From positions 1 through 39,361 of IMG/VR virus record IMGVR_UViG_3300038974_000844: DNA of 39,361 bases. One strand, written 5' to 3'. Under the pieces are notes generated by a model that was not told the origin of the DNA, ran no database searches, and worked only from the letters and a program-made list of their open reading frames with translations. The translations under genes and the position numbers were made by a program. Each line of letters starts with the position of its first letter. Position 1 is the first letter of the stretch. Below are positions 1 to 8,783 of this stretch, one piece after another. This stretch comes from a virus (lineage: Duplodnaviria > Caudoviricetes).

Positions 1-568
1 AAGGAGTAAGGAAATTTTCTACGCGGAATAATCTCTCTCTTTCTCCCCATGCAGCGTTTCTCGTGTACATGCTCTGTACTTCAAACCTGCGCAAGCCTGA
101 CGCTGTCTTATAGAAACGAGGGGTAACACAGACTTCAATTTGATCATCTTTGTACGTAGTAATCGGCTTATCTAGCTCAACTTGAGCAGCAACGGCAGCT
201 TCTTTGAGCTGTCTCTCAAGCTCACGAGCCTGACGCTTCTCTTCTTCCATACAATTGATTTCGCCCACGATTGCGTTAATTTCGTTGAGATCAGTAGAAA
301 CGACTTGGTACCTCTCATAGTATGTACTACGAGTAGAATTGGGCACGTATACGCTGTTCCAATCGATGCCAGAGCCTGTAATCCCCCCAGAGTATGTGCT
401 GGAGATCATGCTCCCCTCGTCGTCGATGTACATATAATCATATCTAGGAGTACCGTTAAAAGCTTTGAATGTGTCGTCCCTGACGAGAGCAAGCCGGAAT
501 GTATGCTCTTGTCCTTTTGCATCTAGAACGATAATTGCTACTGTGCTTCCTGCTTCTGGTTTATTCAT
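1..568 (-). CDS. Hypothetical protein, runs off the window edge; paralog of 680..1378
   Basis: Not in the ORF track because it has no stop in the window. Read by hand from ATG 568: MNKPEAGSTVAIIVLDAKGQEHTFRLALVRD...YSGGITGSGI...RVENFLTP, open to base 1. AAGGGG SD-like site upstream. Confidence 0.85.
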   Translation of the reverse strand, partial: MNKPEAGSTVAIIVLDAKGQEHTFRLALVRDDTFKAFNGTPRYDYMYIDDEGSMISSTYSGGITGSGIDWNSVYVPNSTRSTYYERYQVVSTDLNEINAIVGEINCMEEEKRQARELERQLKEAAVAAQVELDKPITTYKDDQIEVCVTPRFYKTASGLRRFEVQSMYTRNAAWGERERLFRVENFLTP

Positions 569-618
569 TTTCTATCCCCTTCTTGCATATATAATATAAG
601 AAAAAGTATTTAAAGAAC

Positions 619-645
619 AAAAAAAAATTCCCCAAAAAGGGGAAT
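619..645 (-). terminator. Intrinsic terminator after 680..1378
   Basis: Minus strand reads ATTCCCC-TTTTT-GGGGAAT followed by a T tract. Confidence 0.8.
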
Positions 646-679
646 GATTTATTATCCCTGCTGATAGCATAACTCTTTC

Positions 680-1378
680 CTATGCGGGGGAAGAGCTATT
701 ACCGTTGGTGGCTTTTCGCGCTTCTTTGGCTTCAGCGTTTATTTGCTTTATTCCATCAGCAACCGCAAGCGCAATATCCTTACCTTCAGCGGAAAAAAGC
801 CCGGTAACATGTGCCTTGGATATACGCCCTGAGGGGGTAAAAAGGTACTGCACAGCAAAATTATGCCTCGTAGGTACTGAAGCTTTCTTAAACGTATAAG
901 CCCCGTAAATGCTTAACCCACCGCCCTTATTAAGAGAAGGTTCAAGAGTCACAACATACTTATCACTGTTGTATACTTCGCGAGGTTCACCATCACGAAT
1001 CGCTTTCTTAATTCTCTCATAACCAGCCTTTCTTTCTGCTTCTTCTTGAGCGATTTTATTTTCGTAATTACTAACAAGCTCCTCCGTCATACGAAGAATT
1101 TCTTTGGGGTTAGTAGTTAGCACCTCGTACTTGGGTTGCTGAGACAGCTCTCTAATATCCCGAGGATGTACACCGGCTCCTGTGGATCCCCCAGAATACA
1201 TGCCTTCAAAAAACTGCCCTTTGTCGTTAACAAATATAAGGCGATAGTCGTGATCTCCTAGTTCCCACTCCCATCTAGAATCTTTGAGCAATGCAAGCCT
1301 AAATGTTTCTAGTTCATGATTCTCTTTTAAAATTTCTACGGAAAAAGCGCTACCTGGATCGATTCGTCTAATATTCAT
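680..1378 (-). CDS. Hypothetical protein (232 aa), paralog of 1..568
   Basis: Long ORF with GAGGA SD. Shares TFRLAL and YSGGxTGxG blocks with its neighbour. Confidence 0.85.
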   Translation of the reverse strand: MNIRRIDPGSAFSVEILKENHELETFRLALLKDSRWEWELGDHDYRLIFVNDKGQFFEGMYSGGSTGAGVHPRDIRELSQQPKYEVLTTNPKEILRMTEELVSNYENKIAQEEAERKAGYERIKKAIRDGEPREVYNSDKYVVTLEPSLNKGGGLSIYGAYTFKKASVPTRHNFAVQYLFTPSGRISKAHVTGLFSAEGKDIALAVADGIKQINAEAKEARKATNGNSSSPA

Positions 1379-1495
1379 TATTATCCTCTTTTATTTAATA
1401 TAAGGAAAATTGGAACCAAGCAATATTTCCTCTTTAGAATTAGTATAAGAAAGCCCCTCAACACTGAAGGGCCTTATATAAACAAGGCTAACAGT

Positions 1496-2551
1496 TTAGC
1501 CTAGGAGACCATTCTCAAGAAGCTTCTTCCAATTGAGTTGCTTTTTCTCCTCAAATTTTTCTAGGAACTTCTTATCGAAGGCTTCTTGCTGCTTGTGTTG
1601 CTTGATACGACTTTCACCAATCTTATCAATAACACTCTGCACCGAATCATAGTCAGCATCTTTGTCAAGAACATCAGGGTCTTCAGTTGCATCAGCTACA
1701 ATTTCTTGAGCATCTTTTTCCTTCATTCTCTTCTCACGCAGCTTTCTGATAAGCTCTCTGCGGCGTTTCTGTGCTTCACGCGTCTTCATAAACTCATCTA
1801 TATCTTCTGATGCTTTTTCACGCTTTGGATCGCCAGCGGGATACTTGATCTCTTCTTTGACTTTCTTTTTCTTTGTTGACTCAACAATCTCCTCTTTAGG
1901 CATTTCCTCATCAACAACCTCTTCTTCGTCAATAGCGATCTCTTCCTCATCTACAAGCTCGTCTTCTTCACCCCCGATAACCTCACCTACGTCACCGCCA
2001 AGATCAGAAAATAGCTCATTAATGTCAATAACAATGTCTTCAAATTCATCCATGAAGTCTTCGTCCTCATCGATAAGCTCATCATCATCTATCATGTCTT
2101 CATCTTCGACAGGAGGCTCTTCAAGTGCTACCTCTTCAGGCATGACAGGCTCCATTTCCATATCTTCGTCTTCTTCTTCTTTAATCTTCTTGTTTTCTTT
2201 TACGCGGTTGGCTTTCCACTTGCGGTATTCTTCAATAACTTCTTTCTCTTCATCTGTAAACATATCTTCATCTTCTCCTTCAGGCATATCTGGTTCCCCA
2301 GCATCTATTGCACCACCATCAGGTGCCATTCCTGCCATTTCTACATCTCCTGTATCCATAGCTTGGGCTACTGCACTCTGCTGCGGCCACATCCAACCAA
2401 TCGGTACCATTCCCGGTTGTGGGGGTGTGAGGGGGTCGATAGGAATAGTGGCTGCTTGCGGAGCAGGTACATTGACAGGTTGTGGAGCAGGTGCTTGACT
2501 CTGTTCTATAGCCTGGTCGATAAATTCGTCTTGTTCTTTTTTTCGTCTCAT
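1496..2551 (-). CDS. Highly acidic, low-complexity protein; probable prohead scaffold/core or internal head protein
   Basis: D/E-rich with Lys patches and many (I/V/L)xE sites of the T4 prohead-protease type. ATG 2551 (after AGGGAG) preferred to GTG 2584. Function is inference. Confidence 0.55.
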   Translation of the reverse strand: MRRKKEQDEFIDQAIEQSQAPAPQPVNVPAPQAATIPIDPLTPPQPGMVPIGWMWPQQSAVAQAMDTGDVEMAGMAPDGGAIDAGEPDMPEGEDEDMFTDEEKEVIEEYRKWKANRVKENKKIKEEEDEDMEMEPVMPEEVALEEPPVEDEDMIDDDELIDEDEDFMDEFEDIVIDINELFSDLGGDVGEVIGGEEDELVDEEEIAIDEEEVVDEEMPKEEIVESTKKKKVKEEIKYPAGDPKREKASEDIDEFMKTREAQKRRRELIRKLREKRMKEKDAQEIVADATEDPDVLDKDADYDSVQSVIDKIGESRIKQHKQQEAFDKKFLEKFEEKKQLNWKKLLENGLLG

Positions 2552-2690
2552 ATTGGTAGATTGTATCTCCCTAATATAGTTCACTTTGTGTATAATAAGC
2601 TTTCATCACTCTTCATATATCAAAAGTTGTCCCGAGAGCCTTCATTTAGCATCTTCAGTATGCGTATTTAAATTAGTATACTTATTTATT

Positions 2691-3716
2691 ATGGATAGTA
2701 CTGTTATACAAAATGCAGGTTCTATGCTTGTTGATCTTCTAAGTGGGGATGAAAGCATATTTGATCGGGACGATTTTAGTCAATTAGATCCTCAGCAGAT
2801 ACGCAAAGCTCTAGAGTTTCTTATGAAGCATCCAGATCTAAATGAAGAGCAAAAAATAGCTCTTGCTTCTAATAGCTGGAGAATTAACTACCGCGATAAA
2901 CCACCTACCCCAGATAATTTCATAACAGAAAGGTATCTCGGACCTGTCTCTCAATATACATATGACCGGGTAAAGAAAACGTTTAAAGAATTTATGGATC
3001 CTACCAAGCCATATCGCAACGGAATTCTCTATCCTCACATTGGTTGGGGCAAAAGCTATTTATCCGCCCTGGTAATGATATACATTGGGGTGCATCTTTC
3101 CATGATGAGATCCCCGTATAAGTATTTTGGGCTTAATCCTGCTTCTGTATTAACTCAGCTGCTTGTCTCCTATTCATTGAAGAAGTCTTCGGAATTACTG
3201 TTAGAACCCCTTATAGCTATTTTAGAAAATTCGCCCTTCTTTGAAAAAGTTCACACACGAGAAGGAATGATAAAGAAAGACAGGGACTTTACAAGACAAA
3301 ACCACATAGATAGAATTTACTGGACCACTGCTGTACCTACATCAGCTATTCAGATGTCTAATGGTGCTAATATGAAGACAGCTTCTAACCCAACAGGGTT
3401 GTTAGGTCTAGCCCAGCCACTAGATGCTAAAATACAGCTGCCGGATAACAGCTATACTACGATGGGACAGCTAAAAGTGGGAGATGAAATTAAATCCCCC
3501 ACAGAAGGTGTCCAATTGGTAACGGGAGTGTTTCCGCAGGGAAGTATAGACTGTTATGAAATAGAGCTAGACGATGGAAGAAAAACGCGGTGCTCCGCGA
3601 ATCATTTGTGGAAGGTGGCTTGGGAAAAAGATGAAAGTAATAATTGGATTTGGAGGGTAGTAACAACGCAGTTTATGATAAATAATAGTGAAATCGAATT
3701 CGAGATATACTCTTGA
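2691..3716 (+). CDS. terL: Terminase large subunit, N-terminal part, fused to a split-intein N half
   Basis: Walker A-like PHIGWGKS. Extein ends at GLLGL and is followed by the intein AQPLDAKI...TRCSANHLW. ATG 2691 is the likely start. Confidence 0.85.
   Translation: MDSTVIQNAGSMLVDLLSGDESIFDRDDFSQLDPQQIRKALEFLMKHPDLNEEQKIALASNSWRINYRDKPPTPDNFITERYLGPVSQYTYDRVKKTFKEFMDPTKPYRNGILYPHIGWGKSYLSALVMIYIGVHLSMMRSPYKYFGLNPASVLTQLLVSYSLKKSSELLLEPLIAILENSPFFEKVHTREGMIKKDRDFTRQNHIDRIYWTTAVPTSAIQMSNGANMKTASNPTGLLGLAQPLDAKIQLPDNSYTTMGQLKVGDEIKSPTEGVQLVTGVFPQGSIDCYEIELDDGRKTRCSANHLWKVAWEKDESNNWIWRVVTTQFMINNSEIEFEIYS
3411..3713 (+). mobile_element. Split intein N half (class 3 signature; Ala1, block B HLW)
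   Basis: AQPLDAKIQLPD...MGQLKVGDEI...VTGVFPQG...YEIELDDGRKTRCSANHLWKV; 101 aa, then stop. Confidence 0.9.
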
Positions 3717-4055
3717 GGATACAGCTAAGCCATCTCCTATAGAATATTTTGGTGAAGATGGAAAACCCCATAAATATTTATGGGCCCATAAATACTTTGA
3801 AAGTACTTATGGTCCCATAAGTACTTTCCTGATTTTGTAGTAGAGGGAGGCTTTGTAGAAATAAAATCAAATAACCTCATAACAGAGAACGGCTTTCTAT
3901 GTACATGGAGCGGAGAGAAACAGATAGCAAAAACTCAGTTGCTAGAAAAGTTAAATGTCATTTTTATGAAGAATGAGGAAATTAAACCTATCCTGAATTA
4001 CATTAGCTCTAGATATTCAAGCAAGTACTTGCAGAGCTTTCAGGTGAAAAAATAA
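3714..4055 (+). pseudogene. Decayed PD-(D/E)xK homing endonuclease between the intein halves
   Basis: No start codon. Reads IEYFGEDGKPHKY, then after a 47-nt frameshifting duplication HKYFPDFVVEGGFVEIKSN...QVKK* (TAA 4053-4055). Confidence 0.8.
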
Positions 4056-4065
4056 AGGAAATCGT

Positions 4066-4176
4066 ATGCCAAAGATTGCAGCTATAAGAAAAGTGGGTAT
4101 TGCTGAACAGCAGTGTATCTCGGTGAGCGGAAAGGATAAGCTGTATATAACAGATGAAGGAATCATAACACACAAT
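4066..4176 (+). mobile_element. Split intein C half (37 aa; Cys in block F, Thr-His-Asn end, +1 Thr)
   Basis: MPKIAAIRKVGIAEQQCISVSGKDKLYITDEGIITHN|T. Confidence 0.92.
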
Positions 4177-5505
4177 ACAGTTGTTTCGGCAACTTTGAGC
4201 GAGTTGGCATTCTTCAAGGACGCAGGGAAGGATGATGCGTTTATTATGAGAGTGTATAATGATGCCAAGAGTCGTGTTGACTCTCGTATGAAGGGCAACT
4301 ACTTCGGCAGAACTATAATTGACTCCTCTCCCAACACTCTTGACTCCCCCATTGATGATTATATTGTAAACTATGCACGAAAGGATCCTACGAATTTTAT
4401 TATCTCAGGAAGTCAATGGGAATGGGCTCCTGAAGACTTTGATATGTCTAAAACATTTAAAGTATATACTGGAGGAAAGGGGCAACCTCCTAAAATATTA
4501 GAGCCAGCTGACGACGAAAATGAATATTCTCCTGAGAGATTAATTGATGTTCCTTTAGAGCTCAAACAATACTTTATTGACGATCTCTATAAGTCATTAA
4601 AAGACCGTGCCGGTATTCCTGCTGGTTCTGCAGATATGCTTATATACGATCACAACAAAATAGAGGCTATCTTTAACCCCAAGCTCAAAAGTATTTACAC
4701 CCACATTAAGGCTACAGAAAATCAAGAAGCATATAGGTTAATATGGAATCAAGTATCTCATATCTTCTTTAAAGAGCGTGCTGGCAAGCTGGAGTTCTGG
4801 TACAAGCCGTGGATACCGCGTTGTATCTCTGTTGACCAATCTATTACTGGCGATGTATCGTGCATAGCTATGACACATGCTGAAAGAATACGTGAAACAG
4901 AAGAGCAAATGTTCGTAGTGGACTTTGTTATACCTATCGCACCGCAAGGAGAGCGTATTAATCTCGATGCTATTAAAATGTTCATCGAAGATTTACGTGA
5001 TGTGGGTAATATGTATATACCCTATGTTTCGTTTGACCAATTCCAGTCTGAGTTATCGTTACAGTATCTTCGTAGCAAGGGATTTGAAGCAGAGAAGTTG
5101 TCTGTAGATGCAACTACCGATCCATACTTCTTCTTGCTTGGGCTTGTTAATAGAGGGCGTATTGTATCAGGTAGGAATCTTTATATAAAAAATAATTTAA
5201 AGGCTCTTAAACTCGTTACCGAGCATAAGAATGGTAAGAACAGGAAAACTAAAGTAGACCATGATGATAGCCGACCGGTAGTTGTTTCAGGTTCATTGGA
5301 TTGGAATAAATCGCTTATCGGAGCATATGCAAAGGATGCTACCGATGCAATTGCTGCTTCGATTGCTCTTAATAGAAAATATTTCCCTGTTGCTACGGAG
5401 TTTTGGGATCCAGCATATCTTGATGTTCTCCTCGATACTTCACGACAAAAAAAGAATGCCGAAGAAAATATCTCGGCATTCTTGGATATGATGGGAGTTG
5501 AATAA
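4066..5505 (+). CDS. terL: Split-intein C half plus terminase large subunit C-terminal part (Walker B and RNase H-like nuclease)
   Basis: Own AAGGA SD. After ITHN the chain reads TVVSATLSELAF (Walker B-like), IIDSSP, ISVDQS..GD, SFDQFQS and KDATDAIA. Confidence 0.88.
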   Translation: MPKIAAIRKVGIAEQQCISVSGKDKLYITDEGIITHNTVVSATLSELAFFKDAGKDDAFIMRVYNDAKSRVDSRMKGNYFGRTIIDSSPNTLDSPIDDYIVNYARKDPTNFIISGSQWEWAPEDFDMSKTFKVYTGGKGQPPKILEPADDENEYSPERLIDVPLELKQYFIDDLYKSLKDRAGIPAGSADMLIYDHNKIEAIFNPKLKSIYTHIKATENQEAYRLIWNQVSHIFFKERAGKLEFWYKPWIPRCISVDQSITGDVSCIAMTHAERIRETEEQMFVVDFVIPIAPQGERINLDAIKMFIEDLRDVGNMYIPYVSFDQFQSELSLQYLRSKGFEAEKLSVDATTDPYFFLLGLVNRGRIVSGRNLYIKNNLKALKLVTEHKNGKNRKTKVDHDDSRPVVVSGSLDWNKSLIGAYAKDATDAIAASIALNRKYFPVATEFWDPAYLDVLLDTSRQKKNAEENISAFLDMMGVE

Positions 5506-5632
5506 CTAAGAGGTTATCCCTCAAATGCATATCGTCGTCGCCCCAGGTTTCGTAAATATTAAACAAGTTACTTTTTCCAGTAGCGAGATTAACAGCACCT
5601 AGAGGCAGTACAGCAGAAGGTTTTCCTTTTGC

Positions 5633-7627
5633 TTACTTAACCTTACCTCTTCTCTGCTTTATAAACTCATATCCCTCTTCTGGATCATCTACAGGCATTG
5701 AGATACCTTCACCTACTACATAGTATCCATCAGATTTTCGTGTTACTCGCAGGGGACCGTCTGTATTAATGCTAACACCATCATTAAAGTTTAATGTGCT
5801 TTCATCAACCTTAACCTTCTTACTAGCTCCATCAGGTTTATCCTGCTTAAACGCCTTCGGCACCTCAACATAATACTCAGTACCGAATAGCTCTTTCTCA
5901 GCTGCAGGTACAGTGGTATTTAAGTAGTCTGCGTACGGTTCAGCTTCCTCTTTACTGTCAAAAGTAGCAACAATTTGATCTTCTATGTTACCAATTTCAC
6001 CTAAGGTAGAAGCTCCGTTGGACTTCCTCTTAACGAAATATAATCCCTCAGTGGGTAGTACTTCTTCGTCAGAGGTCTTCTCTTTTGCCTCTGTTTTACG
6101 GTAACTGCCGCCTGTTTCCTCGAGGTAGTCATCGATAAGCTTCTTTTGGAGGCTGATTGCTTTTTCCTTATCTTTAAAATACTTCCCATCATATTCAGAC
6201 GGTTCACCAATATTATTGCTAGTGCGGTATGCAGCTTTCCCTTGTATCCTCTTAGGAACTACCACAATTTCAAAACCTTTATATGAAATTACTTCATGAC
6301 GATCGTTGAATTCTTTCACTGCACTCTCAACAAGTGCCATAGGATATTTCTTCCGTACCCACTTGCGCAACTGACTTGCTATTTGAGCGTCAGGAGCATG
6401 TACTACAAAATTTACAAACTCTTCTTGAGGAAGAACTGAATCACTTTCATAGTCTTCGTCCTCATCTTCCAATCCTTCTACTTCATATTGAATGCTTGCA
6501 TCGTTGAACATATCACGCAGCTTATCAACAATAAGCTCTCCGTCATTAGGATCCGCATCCCATGCACCAAGCCCGATAAGTAGTGTATTGTCCTCTTCAA
6601 CAAGCTTCTTTTCTTCGATTTTTGTCTCTTCTGCCGTCTCAGGTTTTCCCTCCTGAGGATTTTTAGTTAACTTAGCTTTTGGCTTTTCTGGAAGACTTTC
6701 AATGTATGTATTAACACCTCGAATAATAGCCTTAGCGTCGCGATCAGAAAGTTCATACCGTACGCGCAAGTGACTTACCATGCGTGCCTGCTCGGCACCG
6801 GCCGAAATCATCTCAACGGTGTCGGCGATCGCTTCGTAAAGATAACTGAAACCGATTTTAATATTTCCAATAATGCGTTCAATAGCCTTTACATCATTAG
6901 CATCAACAGTCTCGTCGTTGAAGTCTTGTCTCCAACGAACTTTTTCTTGCACCTGAGCTGCATAAGAACCTTCAACAGGTCCTCCTGTAGGAAGCTTACC
7001 CGTCTGTCCTACAGACGCTCTTACAGTGTTGGCTGCAGCACTTTTTCGAGTCTTTTTCTCATCCATTACAGTGTACATGGCATATGGATAGGGTTCATCT
7101 TCAAAATCATCATCCTCGTAACTCAGCTCATCTGGGTGCTTCTCCCATTCATACTCATAGTCATCAATATCAGCATCTACCTCACTAGGATGCTTCTCCC
7201 AACCAGTAGCATTTCTTCCAAGACTCTCCTGGACTTGTGCGGCATAGCTACCCTCAGCAGGGGGTCCAGCAGGCTCTTCTGTTTCTGGTGGTGTTGCAAT
7301 AGCTGCTGAAGCTGTAGCTGCTGTAGTAGGAGTAATCTCCTCAGGAGTAGGCTCCTCACGTGTCATAGCTAATGGAACACTATCCAAAAATACTACAAGA
7401 GGGGTCATCGCTCCAGGAGTATCCTCGTCATCAATAAATTTAGCTACTGTGGGTATAAAATACGTATTCAGCTGGTCGGTAACTACACGAGGAATTTCAC
7501 CGCCAAATTGCTGAGAAATATTTACAGCCTCCTGAGCTAGCGAAACAGCTTCTTGCAATGATTCACGAATGCTGAAGATAGCCTTGTAGAGCTCCTCTAT
7601 GGATTTTTTCTTTTCGTCTAATTTCAT
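5633..7627 (-). CDS. Acidic multi-segment protein (664 aa); probable internal head polyprotein
   Basis: Long ORF with SD. Internal repeats EGSYAAQVQE x2 and WEKHP x2; many hydrophobic-x-E sites. Function is inference. Confidence 0.55.
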   Translation of the reverse strand: MKLDEKKKSIEELYKAIFSIRESLQEAVSLAQEAVNISQQFGGEIPRVVTDQLNTYFIPTVAKFIDDEDTPGAMTPLVVFLDSVPLAMTREEPTPEEITPTTAATASAAIATPPETEEPAGPPAEGSYAAQVQESLGRNATGWEKHPSEVDADIDDYEYEWEKHPDELSYEDDDFEDEPYPYAMYTVMDEKKTRKSAAANTVRASVGQTGKLPTGGPVEGSYAAQVQEKVRWRQDFNDETVDANDVKAIERIIGNIKIGFSYLYEAIADTVEMISAGAEQARMVSHLRVRYELSDRDAKAIIRGVNTYIESLPEKPKAKLTKNPQEGKPETAEETKIEEKKLVEEDNTLLIGLGAWDADPNDGELIVDKLRDMFNDASIQYEVEGLEDEDEDYESDSVLPQEEFVNFVVHAPDAQIASQLRKWVRKKYPMALVESAVKEFNDRHEVISYKGFEIVVVPKRIQGKAAYRTSNNIGEPSEYDGKYFKDKEKAISLQKKLIDDYLEETGGSYRKTEAKEKTSDEEVLPTEGLYFVKRKSNGASTLGEIGNIEDQIVATFDSKEEAEPYADYLNTTVPAAEKELFGTEYYVEVPKAFKQDKPDGASKKVKVDESTLNFNDGVSINTDGPLRVTRKSDGYYVVGEGISMPVDDPEEGYEFIKQRRGKVK

Positions 7628-7678
7628 ATAATTCTTCCCTCTAGAAGTAAGTTGGATATCTCTTAGTTAGTGTGTAGA

Positions 7679-7939
7679 TTACAATAAACTCGTAACATAC
7701 GCTCTACTCTTATGCCCATTTTCAATAAACATGAGATCGTCTACGAATGCGTGCGGAGAAACACGCTCAACAAATTTTTTAGTAAAATCTTGCAATGTCA
7801 GTTCATGATACTCAATAAGATACGATAACTCTGTTTTATATTCCTTCTCTGCATATTCTTCTATCTCAGCAATATAATCAGAGATATCTTCATGCGGAGG
7901 ATCGATTTGGGATTCTTGGAATAAATTATCTAGGTTCAT
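7679..7939 (-). CDS. Hypothetical protein (86 aa)
   Basis: Fills the gap between co-oriented genes; ACTAATT motif just upstream of the ATG. Confidence 0.7.
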   Translation of the reverse strand: MNLDNLFQESQIDPPHEDISDYIAEIEEYAEKEYKTELSYLIEYHELTLQDFTKKFVERVSPHAFVDDLMFIENGHKSRAYVTSLL

Positions 7940-7945
7940 AGTTAA

Positions 7946-8320
7946 TTAGTTATTTTTACTAGAGGAAGTGAGAACAGCGTTCTTAATTTTTTTCATGAGG
8001 AGATCTATAATAATATTATCCCCCTCATCATGAATATCACCAATAAGCTTTTTAAACGAATCGTCAAGATTGTGAAATACTGTCACATTCGTTGTCATCT
8101 CTCCTGTATCGAGTATTTCATCACCAGCGTACTTTACAGCAATATCTCCCATAAAGGGAATTTTTAGCTTTACAAGTTTATCAGGACTTGCTGCTATTTT
8201 TTCAGCCCAGCGTATCAGCTGGAATTCAAATACTTCACGAATGACATCACGTTGAATACCAGAGAGAGCTGAAATTTCTTCTATTAATTGTTTTTGTTCA
8301 TCATCAAGTTTTAGGTACAT
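7946..8320 (-). CDS. HU/IHF-like DNA-binding protein
   Basis: LIEEISALSGIQRDVIREVFE...KLKIPFMGDIAVK resembles the HU helix-helix and IxGFGxF strand pattern. AAGGAG SD. Confidence 0.55.
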   Translation of the reverse strand: MYLKLDDEQKQLIEEISALSGIQRDVIREVFEFQLIRWAEKIAASPDKLVKLKIPFMGDIAVKYAGDEILDTGEMTTNVTVFHNLDDSFKKLIGDIHDEGDNIIIDLLMKKIKNAVLTSSSKNN

Positions 8321-8375
8321 ACAATCTCCTTTATTATAATATAACTACTAACATGCACTAATTGAAAGAGGTGAT

Positions 8376-8783
8376 ATGAGTATGCAAACTATTTTTCCCA
8401 GCGGAAATCTTGATATATGGAATTACACAGTGCAGACGTATCTTCCCCAAGGAATGGATACTATTATTCGTATTATCGTTCCTACGGTGGAAGCAGCCCT
8501 GAACGAGCTTGTCGGGGAGGCTGGTGAGTTTGAACGTGAGGCTGGTCAAATTGACTTTATAGAAAACAAAGACGGAACTCCTCGCGGGGTATACGGAAAG
8601 TTAGAATATACTGTTCCAGCATTTAAGGTTCCAGATGTTCCTGAAGACGCAGTCAGCCATGATCAAGACTTTATTAACTCCCGCATTACACGATTAGATG
8701 CTACGTTTAAGCCTACGGCAATTGATACAGAAACAGGAAAAGTTACTATTACCTTCTCTTTTGAGTTTGGAGGCATGAAATAA
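8376..8783 (+). CDS. Hypothetical protein, probably virion-associated
   Basis: GAGGTG SD, ACTAATT motif upstream, coupled to the next gene through TAATG. Confidence 0.75.
   Translation: MSMQTIFPSGNLDIWNYTVQTYLPQGMDTIIRIIVPTVEAALNELVGEAGEFEREAGQIDFIENKDGTPRGVYGKLEYTVPAFKVPDVPEDAVSHDQDFINSRITRLDATFKPTAIDTETGKVTITFSFEFGGMK

Noticed and set aside
182-526. Plus-strand ORF 182..526 and other antisense ORFs (e.g. 1845..2498, 6770..7309, 29859..30374, 38788..39165)
   Set aside because: Shadows of real genes on the opposite strand; the Ser-rich ones mirror Glu/Asp codons.
2552-2670. Hammerhead-like CUGAAGA...GAAA in the minus-strand leader
   Set aside because: The required stems I-III cannot be formed.
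5506-5632. Open frame continuing past the 5633 stop (AKGKPSAVLPLGAVN...), faintly like SVIPLGAAN in the nuclease domain; possible further hop
   Set aside because: The similarity is too short, there is no matched codon pair with supporting structure, and the upstream protein appears to end naturally.
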